A stretch of 64,000 bases of DNA from contig NC_043004.1 in assembly GCF_006345805.1 (NCBI RefSeq), forward strand, positions 81,344,001 to 81,408,000, read 5' to 3'. This DNA comes from Octopus sinensis (lineage: Eukaryota). Within the stretch, counting starts at the first letter, position 1. Each line of letters begins with the position of its first letter. Shown one piece after another: positions 15,667 to 28,639 of the stretch. The position numbers and the translations under genes were made by a program. The notes beneath the pieces are model-generated. The model did no database searches. It was not told where the DNA came from and was given only the letters and a program-made list of their open reading frames with translations.

Positions 15667-15970
15667 CTTTCGCACTGGCCATTCCAGCATTAGAAGAATG
15701 GCCAGTGTTAAAGGACCAATTCTGAGCGTGCACCTGTAATAGGGGAATCAAAGGAGAAGGGCTCTTGCCCTGTTTTTCAGGCACCCGTGGTTTTTTGTGG
15801 GTTTTTCCACGGGGACCTTAAAGCGCCTCCCCTATTGGGAGTTTTAATTTGTTCAATTTTTATTGTTATTATATTGTGTACATGTGCAAAAACCCATTGT
15901 ATAGTCCTGTTTTTATATTCCATGTCATTTAATGTTTTTGTATGTGAAACCTTGTGATTAATAAAAGAAT

Positions 15971-16006
<36 letters not shown>

Positions 16007-16041
16007 CCATCACGACCATCACCACCATCACCACCACCACC

Positions 16042-16087
<46 letters not shown>

Positions 16088-16113
16088 CCATCATCACCAT
16101 CACCACCATCACC
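14965..16113. repeat. Compound (TAT)n/(CAT)n/(CAC)n microsatellite field with a 300-bp insert (15665-15975)
   Basis: Directly visible trinucleotide runs. Confidence 0.95.
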
Positions 16114-16949
16114 ATATATATATATATATATACACGCCACCATTACAACTATTACGTAATTCCAAGCCCCCAGAAACAGCTGTCGGATCTGAAATACCAT
16201 GCCTTCTCCCCTTAGTTTTCTGCAATTCTTGAACTGCATTTAAATTTGTTCTGTGAATATATACTTATATGCTTAGACACGAGTGTTCGTCTTCTGAATA
16301 TTTTCAGTTTTTCTTTCTCTATATATACATATATCCCTAATCATATTTACATGTGTATACGTATGTATGTATATTTTGTATATAAAGCCTAAGCCTGTTT
16401 ATTTACATCACTATCTGTGTGTGTGTGTGTGCGGAGAGAGGAAGAGAGGGGGAGGGGGAGAGATAGCCAGAGGAGGAAAACAGTCGATTAATCAACCTTT
16501 ATGTATTATCGATAATTTTTTAAACTGTACAATATCGGGGAAGATTTAAATGAGAACAGTAAATTATCGAAGAAGATATACTGAAGGATCCACTCGGGCG
16601 ATCTTAATGAATTATTGAGAGGCGAAATAACAAACATCCAAATATCAGGTTTACTACAATGGTTCTCTGTGTTCTAAGTGTCAGTTATGTTCAAGGACCT
16701 TAGCCATGCGGCAGTTTTGAACTATGAATTGTATAGCTTATATCTCCACCCAACCATCCATCTATCCATCCATTCATCTATTCATCGATCCATCCATCTT
16801 CTCTGTCCAATATTCCTGTGAAGATCGTGAAGGTAGGGCCCTCACGCTCCTCAATGGGTTAGAAGCATTTGTCATTGCAACTTCCGGTTGGAGTCCAAGA
16901 ATGGCCAATTGAGACTAGGGATGTTATCCAACCGACTCGTAATGCGTCT

Positions 16950-17856
<907 letters not shown>

Positions 17857-18025
17857 GAAGTGACTAACTTTTTCATAACACTTTAATAATAATTCCGTAA
17901 ATTTATGAGGAAAACTTATCATTTCATCTCTAAAATTGTCTACGTGTTTTTTTTTAAGAAAAATACTTCATTTTAAGAGAGGAGAGGAAGAAAGTGAGAG
18001 AGAAAGAGAGAGAGTAAGTGTGTAT

Positions 18026-18057
<32 letters not shown>

Positions 18058-18535
18058 TGGAATGGGTGAGGAAGAATGGTGACTCACGTCAAAGAAGCAT
18101 AAAATAATTGTATGAATTCATCATTATATAACAACAACACTTGAATCGCGAAAATATAATCAACTCCGATAATTGAAAAAGCAAATATGCCATATCAAAA
18201 AAATAAATTGTAAAAATGGTAAAAAAAAAAAGTGGAGGAAGGGGAAAACATGACGAAAACTCATCTGAAGAATTCCTTGAAAGGGTGTGGATAAAATAGA
18301 TGTAGGATAATCTGACGAAATGGTCCGATATGTTTGGGAGGAATTTTCGGCAGATTAAAAGAGAAAAGAAAAAATTAAATACGGTAAAAGAATTCAAATT
18401 CTAGAAAATATATTCTTCATCACAAAAATTGAATAACTGCATTGGTTATTCCGTTTTGTTCTAATGAGAATTAGAGCAGTTATTTTTGATATAGTTGCGC
18501 CAACTAGTACTCTTGGCAATATTTCGGCCAGAATA

Positions 18536-19450
18536 AGGCGGCGAGCTGGCAGAATCGTTAGCACACCGGGCGAAATGCTTAGCGGTATTTCGTTTGTCTT
18601 TACTTCTGAGTTCAAATTCCACCGACGTCGATTTTGCCTTTCATCCTTTCGGGGTCGATTAAATAAGTACCAGTTTCACAATGAAGTCGATGTAATCGAC
18701 TTAATTCTTCTGTCTGTCTTTGTTTGTCCCTTCTATGTTTAGCCCCCGGTGGGCAATAAAGAAATGAATATTTCGGCCAGCATAAGGCGGCAAGCTGGCA
18801 GAATCGTTAGCACGCTGGAGGAAATATTTAACGGTATTTCGCCAGACGGCGAGCTGGCAGAACCGTTAGCACGCCGGGCGAAATGCTAAGCGGTATTTCG
18901 TCTGCCGCTACGTTCTGAGTTCAAATTCTGCCGAGGTCGACTTTGCCTTTCATCCTTTCGGGGTCGATTAAATAAGTACCAGTTACGCACTGGGGTCGAT
19001 ATAATCGACTTAATCCATTTGTCTGTCCTTGTTTGTCCTCTCTGTGTTTATCCCCTTGTGGGTAGTAAAGAAACAGGTATTTCGCCTGACGTTACGTTTT
19101 GAGCTCAAATTCCGCCGAGGTCGGCTTTGCCTTTCATCCTTTCGGAGTCGATAAATTAAGTACTAGTTGTGTACTAGGGTCGATCTAATCGACTGGCCCC
19201 CTATCCAAAAATTTAGGGCCTTGTGCCTAGACTAGAAAGAATATTTTGGCCAGCATAAAGGCGGCGAGCTGGCAGAATCGTTAGCACGCCGGGTAAAATG
19301 CTTAGCGGTATTTCGCCTGCCTTTACAATCTGAGTTCAAATTCCGCCGAGGTTGACCGTGCCTTTCATTTGTTTCAGGGTCAATAAAATAAGTACCAGTT
19401 AGACACTCATTCCCTCCTCCGAAAATGGTAACCTTGTGCCAAATCTGGGA
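18536..19450 (+). mobile_element. Cluster of tandem tRNA-derived SINEs (family starting GGCGGCGAGCTGGCAGAA)
   Basis: Head GGCGGCGAGCTGGCAGAATCGTTAGCACGCCGGGCG...GAGTTCAAATTCCGCC, body GGTCGACTTTGCCTTTCATCCTTTCGGGGTCGATAAATTAAGTACCAG. Other copies at about 32220-32500, 37968-38580, 40095-40665, 41798-42030, 43915-44415, 48443-48600, 51058-51233, 51805-52035 and 53335-53500. Confidence 0.85.
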
Positions 19451-21802
19451 CCAATATTTCGACCAGTATGTCAACAGGGTCATCAATATTACTTACCTGC
19501 AATAATCGGCACGAAACCGATGGTAATATTCCGACTCGGTACATGCCATAACTAGGGACGGATTGTTCGACGATATATAAATAGACATACATACATACAA
19601 GCATGCAAACGTGTGTGTGTGTGTGTGTGTAAAGGCGAATGGTCTAGTGCTAAGGGTGTTTGCATGCACGATGGCATGATCTTTGAGCGAGGGAGGGAGG
19701 GAGGGAGGAGGGATGGAAGGAGGGAGGGAGTGAAGGAGGAAAGGAAGTGAGTGAGTGAGTGAGTGAGTGAGTGAATCAGTCGCTTTATCAGTTGAAATAC
19801 TGGCGGTTTCCCCCCCCTCCCAGTGTCCATGTGTAAAATACCTGACTTTAAAAATGGATCAGTCCATCTAGTTGTAAATAACTGAAGTGGTACAGGTTGA
19901 GCCTATAGTCATTGGAACGATCAATAATCGACAAGAATTTCCGAAACTTACCGTGCACAGTTCGAACCCTGCCGTGGCTGTAGCTTAATAAGCACCAGTT
20001 TAACACTGGGGTCGATGAAATTGACTTATACCTCCTCCGAAATGCAGGTCTTGTACCAAAATCTGATGCCAATATTTCGGCCAGCATGTCTTAAAGGGTC
20101 TTTAATATTGCTTTGCTGTAAAAGTCGGCACGAAACCGACGGTAACATTCCGACCAGTTATTTACTACAAGACTGAACTAGTTTTAAATCCATTACACGA
20201 AGTTGAAGCTCTTAAATGAGGCCCTTACAGATCATTGGATTAAATGGCTTTGCTTATTTAGAAGTGTTATAAAGTAGTGTTAAGTCTCATAACAAGCTGA
20301 ACTTAGGACTGGATTAAATTTCTTGGTTGACGCCACTTCACTTACGTCATCGTTAATGTCGCTGGAGGAAACGGAATGACTGTTTCTTTTTCTATGGATC
20401 CGCTTTTCCCCCCAATCCATCGCCATTTTGTCGACGGCCCCACCGTTTTTAGCAATTCACTGCTCTCGGTTTTTATAATTTTTAGTTATTTTGTTATCAA
20501 CCTTCCCGAGATCGTCCCAGCTTCTAGGATTCAAAAATTGTTCGTTTTAAAATGTTCATATTTATTGCCATCTCTGTATTATGTATATGTTCAGCGTATA
20601 TACACCGTTGAGAGGCCAGTTGTAATGGATTTTTGCCCGAGATATAAATCTCTTTATAGTCATGATGTGTTAAAAACACTATATCATATCGGAACGAGAC
20701 GAAAAACTGACCCAGCAGTTATTCATGAAAACACCGGATACATTTCGGCGTTCTTAGGGCTTTTCAATGACGTATACTCGCTATTAACAAGCCCAGATGA
20801 AATCTGTCCTCTCCGATATAAAGGAAATAGTAGATTCACTGATATTCCGAATAGCCGGTGAGCTGAATAAAAACTCTATGTACGCAATTGAAACAACATT
20901 AAATTAAAATAGCCAGTATGTCTATGGAGAGATTTTCTCAGACGAAAATCGCAGTAACTTGCCTGTCACCGGTATTTATACGTTAATTATGATACACGGG
21001 TAGCTATTTTAATCTAATGCTATTTCAATCGCGTTCACTTAGTTTGTATTTATATTAAAACTTTCCATCACAAGAATTTTTTTCTTTCAGATTCTTTCCC
21101 AAACACTGTCTTCATAATCAATGACATCATTCATTTTATTAAATTCTTCCAAATTCTTGATTATTTTCAAAAATTAATTGAAACACATTTCATCAGATGC
21201 GTGGCAACAAAGGGGATTAATGACAATAAAGAGACGCAGCTGGTTGAGTCAATAGGGTGGTAGCCGATACATCACGCATCGCTGGTTCGTATTTTTCCAA
21301 AGTCGATGTAGTGTAACTCCGTTCCTTTACATCATCACAATGTCAGTCTGCTTACTTTTAAGCTGGTTGCTATAACAGCTGTTTAACCCCAGGTCACTTC
21401 TAATCCAGTAGACCGGCAATCAAAAATATTCCAGCTGTGATCATACCATTTTCTGTCTCCTAGGTACAGTATATTTAGGACTGATTAACCCAAAGCATCC
21501 CTAATTTAATTTTAAAGAGAATGGGGTGTACCCTGGGTAGGACTTGGAACTGTATCCAGGTATATAGATATTTTATCTTTTACTTGTTTCAGTCATTAGA
21601 CTGCGGTAATACTGGGGCAGTTAACCAAATCGACTTTAGTACTTATTTTTCTTAAACCCGGTACCGTTACTTATTCTATCGGCTTCTTTTGCCAAAGCGC
21701 TAAGTTTTGTGGACGCAAACAAATAGCTACTGGTTGTCAAGTGGTGGTGAGAAGCAAACAAAAAGGCACACACACGTATCCACATATATATATATATATA
21801 TA

Positions 21803-21869
<67 letters not shown>

Positions 21870-21874
<5 letters not shown>

Positions 21875-22124
21875 ATTTAGGGTAAAAATTGATATTTATC
21901 AATTAGAACCAGTGGTCTAGCATATTAAAGAAAGAATCCGAAGATTAAAATATTTATATATACCAATTAAGGACTGAACACGAAAAGTGGACAGTCAACA
22001 TGCTAGATATAGACGTCAAATCGCCATTCTCCACAAAGAGAACATAGGCTTTTTGTGGAGAATGGCGATTTGACGTCTATATCTAGCATGTTGACTGTCC
22101 ACTTTTCGTGTTCAGTCCTTAATT

Positions 22125-22128
<4 letters not shown>
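21870..22128. repeat. (TA)n-embedded element ending in a perfect 77-bp-arm hairpin (21961-22128)
   Basis: Arms 21961-22037 and 22052-22128 are exact reverse complements. The upstream part resembles 30250-30440. Confidence 0.85.
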
Positions 22129-22187
<59 letters not shown>

Positions 22188-22189
<2 letters not shown>

Positions 22190-22344
22190 CGCATGGTTGT
22201 ATGGTAAGTAGCTTGCTTGCTAACCACATGGCTCCGGGTTCAGTCAAACTACGTGGCAAATTGGGCGTCTTCTACTATAGCCTCGGACCGACCAAAGCCT
22301 TGTGAGTGGATTTGGTTGACGGAAACTTAAAGAAGCCCATCGTA

Positions 22345-22375
<31 letters not shown>

Positions 22376-22635
22376 GTGCGTGTGTGTGTGTGTGTATGTG
22401 TGTGTGTGTGTATGTGTGTGTGTGTGTGTGTGTGTGTTTGCCTGTTTGTCCCCCCAACATCGCTTGACAACCGATGCTGGTGTGTTTACGTCCCCGTAAC
22501 TTAGTGGTTCGGCAAAATACACCGATAGAATAAGTACTTGGCTTACAAAGAATAAGTCCTGGGGTCGATTTGATCGACTAAAGGTGGTGCTTCAGCATGG
22601 CCACAGTCACATGACTGAAACAAGTAAAAGAATAA
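22188..22635 (+). mobile_element. Full-length CORE-type tRNA-derived SINE (octopus OR-like)
   Basis: Head GG(C/T)TGTGTGGTAAG..CCGGGTTCAGTCC, CORE-like ACCTTGGGCAAGT in most copies, internal (TA)(TG) tract, tail GACTGAAACAAGTAAAAG. Many copies: about 21575-21770, 24865-25030, 27025-27260, 31535-31670, 35365-35560, 36778-36930, 38605-38820, 41445-42085, 45465-46870, 52313-52650 and 62280-62415. Confidence 0.8.
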
Positions 22636-22663
22636 AAAAAAGTATAAAAAGAGTATATATATG

Positions 22664-22708
<45 letters not shown>

Positions 22709-22939
22709 TACACACATGTATGTGTGTATATACGATGAGCTTCCTCACAGTTTCCCTCTACAAAATTCAGTTACAAGATATTGGTTAACCTGGAGCTATG
22801 TAGAAAACATTTGCCCCAGATGCAGTGCAGCAGTGGGACTGAACCCAAAACTACGTGGTTGCAAAACAAGATTCTTAACCACACAGCTATGCCTGCAACT
22901 ATACACGTCCATCCATCCATCCATACATGCATACATACA

Positions 22940-23121
22940 TATCCAGATTACAAGTTTAGGTTTATACCTGTAATTATTAGGGCCCTGGGATATATAACAC
23001 ACTGCCTAAATAACAATCTTGAGAAATTAGGCTTCTCAAAACCAGAAAGAAGAAAGCTGATTCGAAGTCTACAGATCGAATCCATCACTGGAACTGTAAA
23101 AATCTGTAAAACTTTCCAGAA

Positions 23122-23165
<44 letters not shown>

Positions 23166-23532
23166 CATGTCTAGATATGCAGCTATATGCATGAGAATAC
23201 ATACAAATCTGCACACATACATACATACCTACATACATACATACATACATACATACATACATACATACATACATAAAAAAAATACCCTGTTGTTGATGTT
23301 GAAATTCCAATAAAGGTGTCTTGGGTCTTGGTTAGAAACCAGCTCTTTCTGTTGGTAATAAATCTTGAAATAAAATTGAATAATGACATACATACATACA
23401 AACAAACAAACAAACAAAAATACCCTGTTGTTGATGTTGAAATTCCAATGAAGGGGCCTTGAATCTAGGTTAGAAACCGGTTCTTTCTCTATTGGCAAGA
23501 AATCCTGAAATAAAACTGAACAATGACATATG
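22940..23532 (+). mobile_element. 3' end of the same R4/Dong-type family with a duplicated terminal module
   Basis: YPDYKFRFIPVIIRALGYITHCL...KICKTFQKF is near-identical to the end of ORF 13428-14042. The terminal UTR module occurs twice (about 23276-23390 and 23415-23530). Confidence 0.85.
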
Positions 23533-23534
23533 TA

Positions 23535-23925
23535 TAATGGAAGCACTCCGTCGGTTACGACGACGAGGGTTCCGGTTGATCCGAATCAACGGAACAGCCT
23601 GCTCGTGAAATTAATGTGTAAGTGGCTGAGCACTCCACAGACACGTGTACCCTTAACGCAGTTCTCGGGGATATTCAGCGTGACACAGAGAGTGACAAGG
23701 CCGGCCCTTTGAAATACAGGTACAACAGAAACAGGAAGTAAGAGTGAGAGAAAGTTGTGGTGAAAGAGTACAGCAGGGACCACCACCATCCCTGCCAGAG
23801 CCTCGTGGAGCTTTTTTAGGTGTTTTCGCTCAATAAACACTCACAACGCCCGGTCTGGGAATCGAAACCGCGATCCTACGACCGCGAGTCTGCTGCCCTA
23901 ATCACTGGGCCATTGCGCCTCCACA
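23535..23925 (-). mobile_element. tRNA-derived SINE of a third family
   Basis: Minus strand GGAGGCGCAATGGCCCAGTGATTAGGGCAGCAGACTCGCGGTCGTAGGATCGCGGTTTCGATTCCC (A and B boxes) plus a unique body. A degraded similar head lies at about 48990-49125. Confidence 0.7.
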
Positions 23926-24539
23926 TACGTATAAATATATATAAGGACTGTACAATTACGCATTGTGCTGTGTGTTTACGTAACCTTCAAGAATTTGTAT
24001 AGTTTGCCGTGTTACATCCAGATCTTCCTGTTTTAAAATGTACGCAGGAAATGGAAGGGTCGGCATACTCCTGATACTCTGCCGAGTGACGAAGACTCCA
24101 AGAATGCAAATGCCATGACCCAACACATTATAAGTCATGATCAATCATTCTTTGTAATTATTTTAATTCCATTTTCCACCAACAGACATTTTAAACCGAT
24201 GACGTAATAATGCCGTTTCCTCTTCTATTTACCGATTTCTTCAAGAATTCTTTTCCCTTTGACTGTGGATTATTTCAGACGTCTGTTCTACAGAAACGTG
24301 ATAAGACTCGACTTCCGTCATTTGGTTATCGCTCCAAAGTTCTTATACTGGAAAATTTTTAAATATCTTTCTCGTTTCGGTGAATGTCGAAGTCATATTA
24401 CCCGAGAGTCAACAAGGAAATCGTTCGTAAGGTCAAAATTAAAAGCTGTTTCTTGTTGTTGTTGTTGTTGTTATTATTTCGCCCTTGTGGCAAATAAATT
24501 ATTTCGCCCTTGTGGCAAATAAATCGAATCATCGTCATC

Positions 24540-24592
<53 letters not shown>

Positions 24593-25351
24593 CATCATCA
24601 TCATCATCATCATCATGAGTCGATAAAATGAGTACCAGTGAGACACTGGGATCGAGGTAATCTCCCTCAAAACTGCTACCCTTGTGGCAAAATTTAAAAC
24701 CCTTATTATTATTATTATTGTTGTTATTATTATTATTATTATTTGATAGTTTCGTGAAAATTTCCACTGCATTACCTGTTACCTCCGTGATGAAATTCTT
24801 CATGCAAAAATCTTCATTTATCCAAAGCCAAATAGATTAACGCATTTTATTTTCTCAAGAATAATCTCGGAGCCACGTGTGTGTTAAGAAGCTCGCTTTG
24901 AACCTCGTGGTTTTGGGTTCAATTCTGCTGCTCGGTACATTGGCCAAGTGTCTTCTAGTATAGCCCCGGGCCAACCAATGTCTTGTGAGTGAATTTGGTT
25001 GATGGAAACTGCGTGGAAGCCTTCGTACGCACACACACACATACGTTGACATGCGCATGTGCCTACAGGTGTGTGTTTGTGCACGCATGAGCTTTTTTTT
25101 TATACATCTAAGACAGTAAAATCCGATTTCAGATAAAATTTAACTTCTATTTCTAGCTGGTCAAATAACCACACTCACACCTACCCGTTAGCCTTCACAT
25201 CGCACATCGATGTGTGTGTGCGCGCGCGCGTGTGTGTGTGATTGTGTCCTTGCATTGTATTGTGGCATCGAACGAACCAGCGATTAAAGGCCTTAAATCC
25301 TTTAAAATGTTTCAGCCCGAAGGCTGCGGCCATGCTGGGGCACCACCGTCG

Positions 25352-25357
25352 AAAAAA
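25352..25357 (-). terminator. RNA polymerase III terminator (T6) downstream of the tRNA-Lys-like gene
   Basis: TTTTTT on the minus strand starting 7 nt after the discriminator base. Confidence 0.65.
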
Positions 25358-25363
25358 TGCGTA

Positions 25364-25455
25364 CGCCCGCAGAGAGACTCGAACCCGCGATCTTCAGATT
25401 ACTTCTAATGTAGAACTATAAAGGTCTGATGTTCTACCGACTGATCTATGCGGGC
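25364..25455 (-). tRNA. tRNA-Lys(UUU)-like gene with a 19-nt intron (25400-25418) at the canonical 37/38 position; possibly a pseudogene
   Basis: Minus strand GCCCGCATAGATCAGTCGGTAGAACATCAGACC-TTT-A[tagttctacattagaagta]ATCTGAAGATCGCGGGTTCGAGTCTCTCTGCGGGCG (73+19 nt). Perfect acceptor stem GCCCGCA/TGCGGGC, anticodon stem TCAGA/TCTGA, A and B boxes present. One mismatch each in the D and T stems, and C at position 33. Confidence 0.8.
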
Positions 25456-26528
25456 GGACATGTTAACTCTGTCCATCTTATGTATATCTATGATTCATAT
25501 CATTTAATGAGTCCTTCCACTTTGTTTAGCTGCTTTTTCTAGCAGGTCAAATAAACCGCATTGAAACTCATCCATTCGGCTTACGCATATACACACAGAT
25601 ATATGTGCATATCGGTGTATATGCGTGTGTATGCATGTGTGTGCGCGTGCGTGTGTGTGTGTGTGTGTGTGCGTGTGAGTGTGTGTGCATGTGTGTGTGT
25701 GTGCGTGTCTGTGTGCGTATCTGCGTGCGTGTATGTGTGCTGTGTGGTGGGTGTGTGTGTGCGTCTGTGTGTGGTGCGGTGTGCGTGTGTGTGTATGTGT
25801 GCGTGTGTGTGTGTGTGTGTGAGTGTGTGTGGCATGTGTGTGTGAGTGGTGTGCGTGTGTGTGTGCTGGTGTGTGTGTGGGTCTGTGTGCGTGTATGTGT
25901 CGTTTTGTCGGTCTGTGCGTGTATGTGTGAGTGTGTGTGCTGTGTGTGTGTGTGTGTGCTTGTGTGTGTGTGTGTGCCGTTTGTGCTACTTTTAGGCGGT
26001 AGTGACTTGCAGCACAATGAAAGACAGAACCAAAGTGCCATTGTTTGGATTCAAAGATGTCATTGTAACGCACCAAGCTCTTGTATTTGATAAATTCCAC
26101 TGATATCCACAATAAATTCTTCAACGGCTCCATTCTGCACCAAAATTCTATCATGGTAACAGCCAAAGTCTCGAAGACTTCATTCATTTCTTTTATTCTT
26201 AGCGCTCGTTCCTCTATTTCCAGTTATGAATGAAGACTGTAGAAAGATTAATGGTTTTTGTATAATGGTACAGCACTGTAACAGTTAGTGAATAACATTG
26301 ATTCATGATTGATAAGTCTATGCGATTCTATTTTATCAATCTTAACATTGAAATCATTTCGTTGATAACGTTATATCTATCTATCTAGCTACCTAGCTAG
26401 CTAGCTATTTATCTGCTTGTCTGCACTCACACCACACACACACACACTGATAGCTAAATAGATAGATAGATAGATAGATAGATACATACATACATACATA
26501 CATACATACATACATACATGGATAAATG

Positions 26529-26773
<245 letters not shown>

Positions 26774-27265
26774 CAGACGGACGGGCGGACGGAAGGACAG
26801 ACAGAAAGACGGACGGACAGACAGAAAAACAGACAGATAGACAGACAGACAGGCATTCGGACGGACAGACGGAGGGATGGAGGGATAAAGGACGGACGGA
26901 CACACAGACAGACAAATAGATAGATAGATAGATAGATAGATAGAGAGAGAGAGGGAGAGAGACAGACAGACAGACAGACAGAGACAGACAGGCAGACAGA
27001 CAGACAGACTGACGGATGGATAGATATTCTTTTATTCTTTTGCTTGTTTCAGTCATTTGACTGCGGCCAAGCTGGAGCACCGCCTTTAATCGAGCAAATC
27101 GACACCAGGACTTATTCTTTCTAAGCCTAGTACTTTCTCTATCGGTCTCTTTTGCCGAACCGCTAAGTTACGGGGGACGTAAACACACCAACAGTTACAC
27201 ACACACACAACACACACACATATATACATTTCAGTTTCCGTCTACCAAATCCGCTCACAATGCTA

Positions 27266-27332
27266 CCTACTGACGAAGACTAGCCTCAGTAAATATGTTT
27301 TTACTGGAATTAGTCAGAAACCATGGTCTAGG
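27266..27332 (+). ncRNA. Minimal type-I hammerhead ribozyme motif
   Basis: ccta-CTGACGA-a-gacta...tagtc-a-GAAAC-catg-GTC-tagg. Helix I ccta/tagg, helix II gacta/tagtc, palindromic helix III ACCATGGT, GUC cleavage triplet. Confidence 0.8.
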
Positions 27333-27736
27333 AACTAAATTAGATGGTAAACGTTTTTAATTTTCAATCTTTTCGGGAATTTATCCATAATTAGTGGTTT
27401 GAGTTTTCTACTGCTCTTTCTAGCACAAGGCTTTCCTATTTGGAAGCCTCTTTATGTATTCTAATGCACACGATATTTTTATGTGAATAATATATAGTCT
27501 ATTGACTATTTTTTTCTGCTAGGCAACTGGTAATAATAATTTCTATAATTCTTATTACCCTAATATTATTTATTATGTTTAAATATTTTTTGATAGATTT
27601 GTTCGGAATTTTACCGGCATCCTCTCTGTCGCCGGAAATAAACTGCATCGACGCGGTTGTTTTGAAAACTTAGGATATACAGGCAACTAGTTTACATACG
27701 AATCTAGTTGTGAGTATATTTGAAATCTAAAGGCTC

Positions 27737-27803
27737 CCTACTGACGCAAACTAGCCTCAGTAGATATTTTTTTACTGGAACGAGTTAGAAACCATGGTCT
27801 AGG
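27737..27803 (+). ncRNA. Second, degenerate copy of the hammerhead motif (core CTGACGC)
   Basis: ccta-CTGACGC...GAAAC-catg-GTC-tagg, 471 bp after the first copy in a tandem duplication. Confidence 0.6.
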
Positions 27804-28040
27804 AACTAAAATTGGTGGTAAACGTTTTTAATTTTCAATCCTTTCGAGAATTTATCCATAATTAGTGGTTTGAGTTTTCTACTGCTCTTTCTAGCACAAG
27901 GCTTTCCTATTTGGAAACCTCTTAATGTGTTCTAATGTACACGATATTTTTATGTGAATAATATATAGTCTATTGACTATTTTTTGTGTGCTAGGCCACT
28001 GATAATAATAATTTCTATAATTCTTATTACCCTAATATTA

Positions 28041-28088
<48 letters not shown>

Positions 28089-28316
28089 AACCACAAAATT
28101 AGGGATAGAATCCGACAGGAACGAAATGAAAAAACAAAAACTTTTACCATCTTGTTTGAATCCCGCGAGTGGATTCCTAATGTGTTTAAATGTACACTGT
28201 ATTTTATGAGTAATACATAGTCTTTGGGGTAAATTTTTACACGCTAGGCCACTGGAAGTGAAAATTTCTATTAAGTTCCATTTCCCTTCGATATGATTAA
28301 GTATTGTGTGTGTGTA

Positions 28317-28359
<43 letters not shown>

Positions 28360-28546
28360 ATATATATATATACAATATATTATATATATACATATACATA
28401 TATATATATACATATATATATACATATATATATATATACATATATATATGCATATATTATACAATATACATATATATATAGATATATGTATATGTATATG
28501 TATATATATATGTATTATATCATATACATATACATACATTATATAT

Positions 28547-28632
<86 letters not shown>

Positions 28633-28639
28633 GTTGTTA

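Larger units (their letters stand above)
27266..28042 (+). mobile_element. Tandem (about 1.6 copies of a 471-bp unit) hammerhead-containing repeat; retrozyme / Penelope pseudo-LTR-like
   Basis: 27266-27570 is repeated at 27737-28040. Each unit starts with the hammerhead motif; the array ends ...accctaatatt followed by (TA)n. Confidence 0.7.

Noticed and set aside
20700-21050. Weak inverted repeats and hammerhead-like fragments; 161-aa ORF 20376-20861
   Set aside because: Too degenerate to assign a core or helices; the ORF has no recognisable motif.
26000-26240. Peptide EFWC...KYKSLVRY...FGSVFHC reminiscent of a hAT dimerisation domain
   Set aside because: The similarity is faint and I saw no TIRs; it needs an HMM search.
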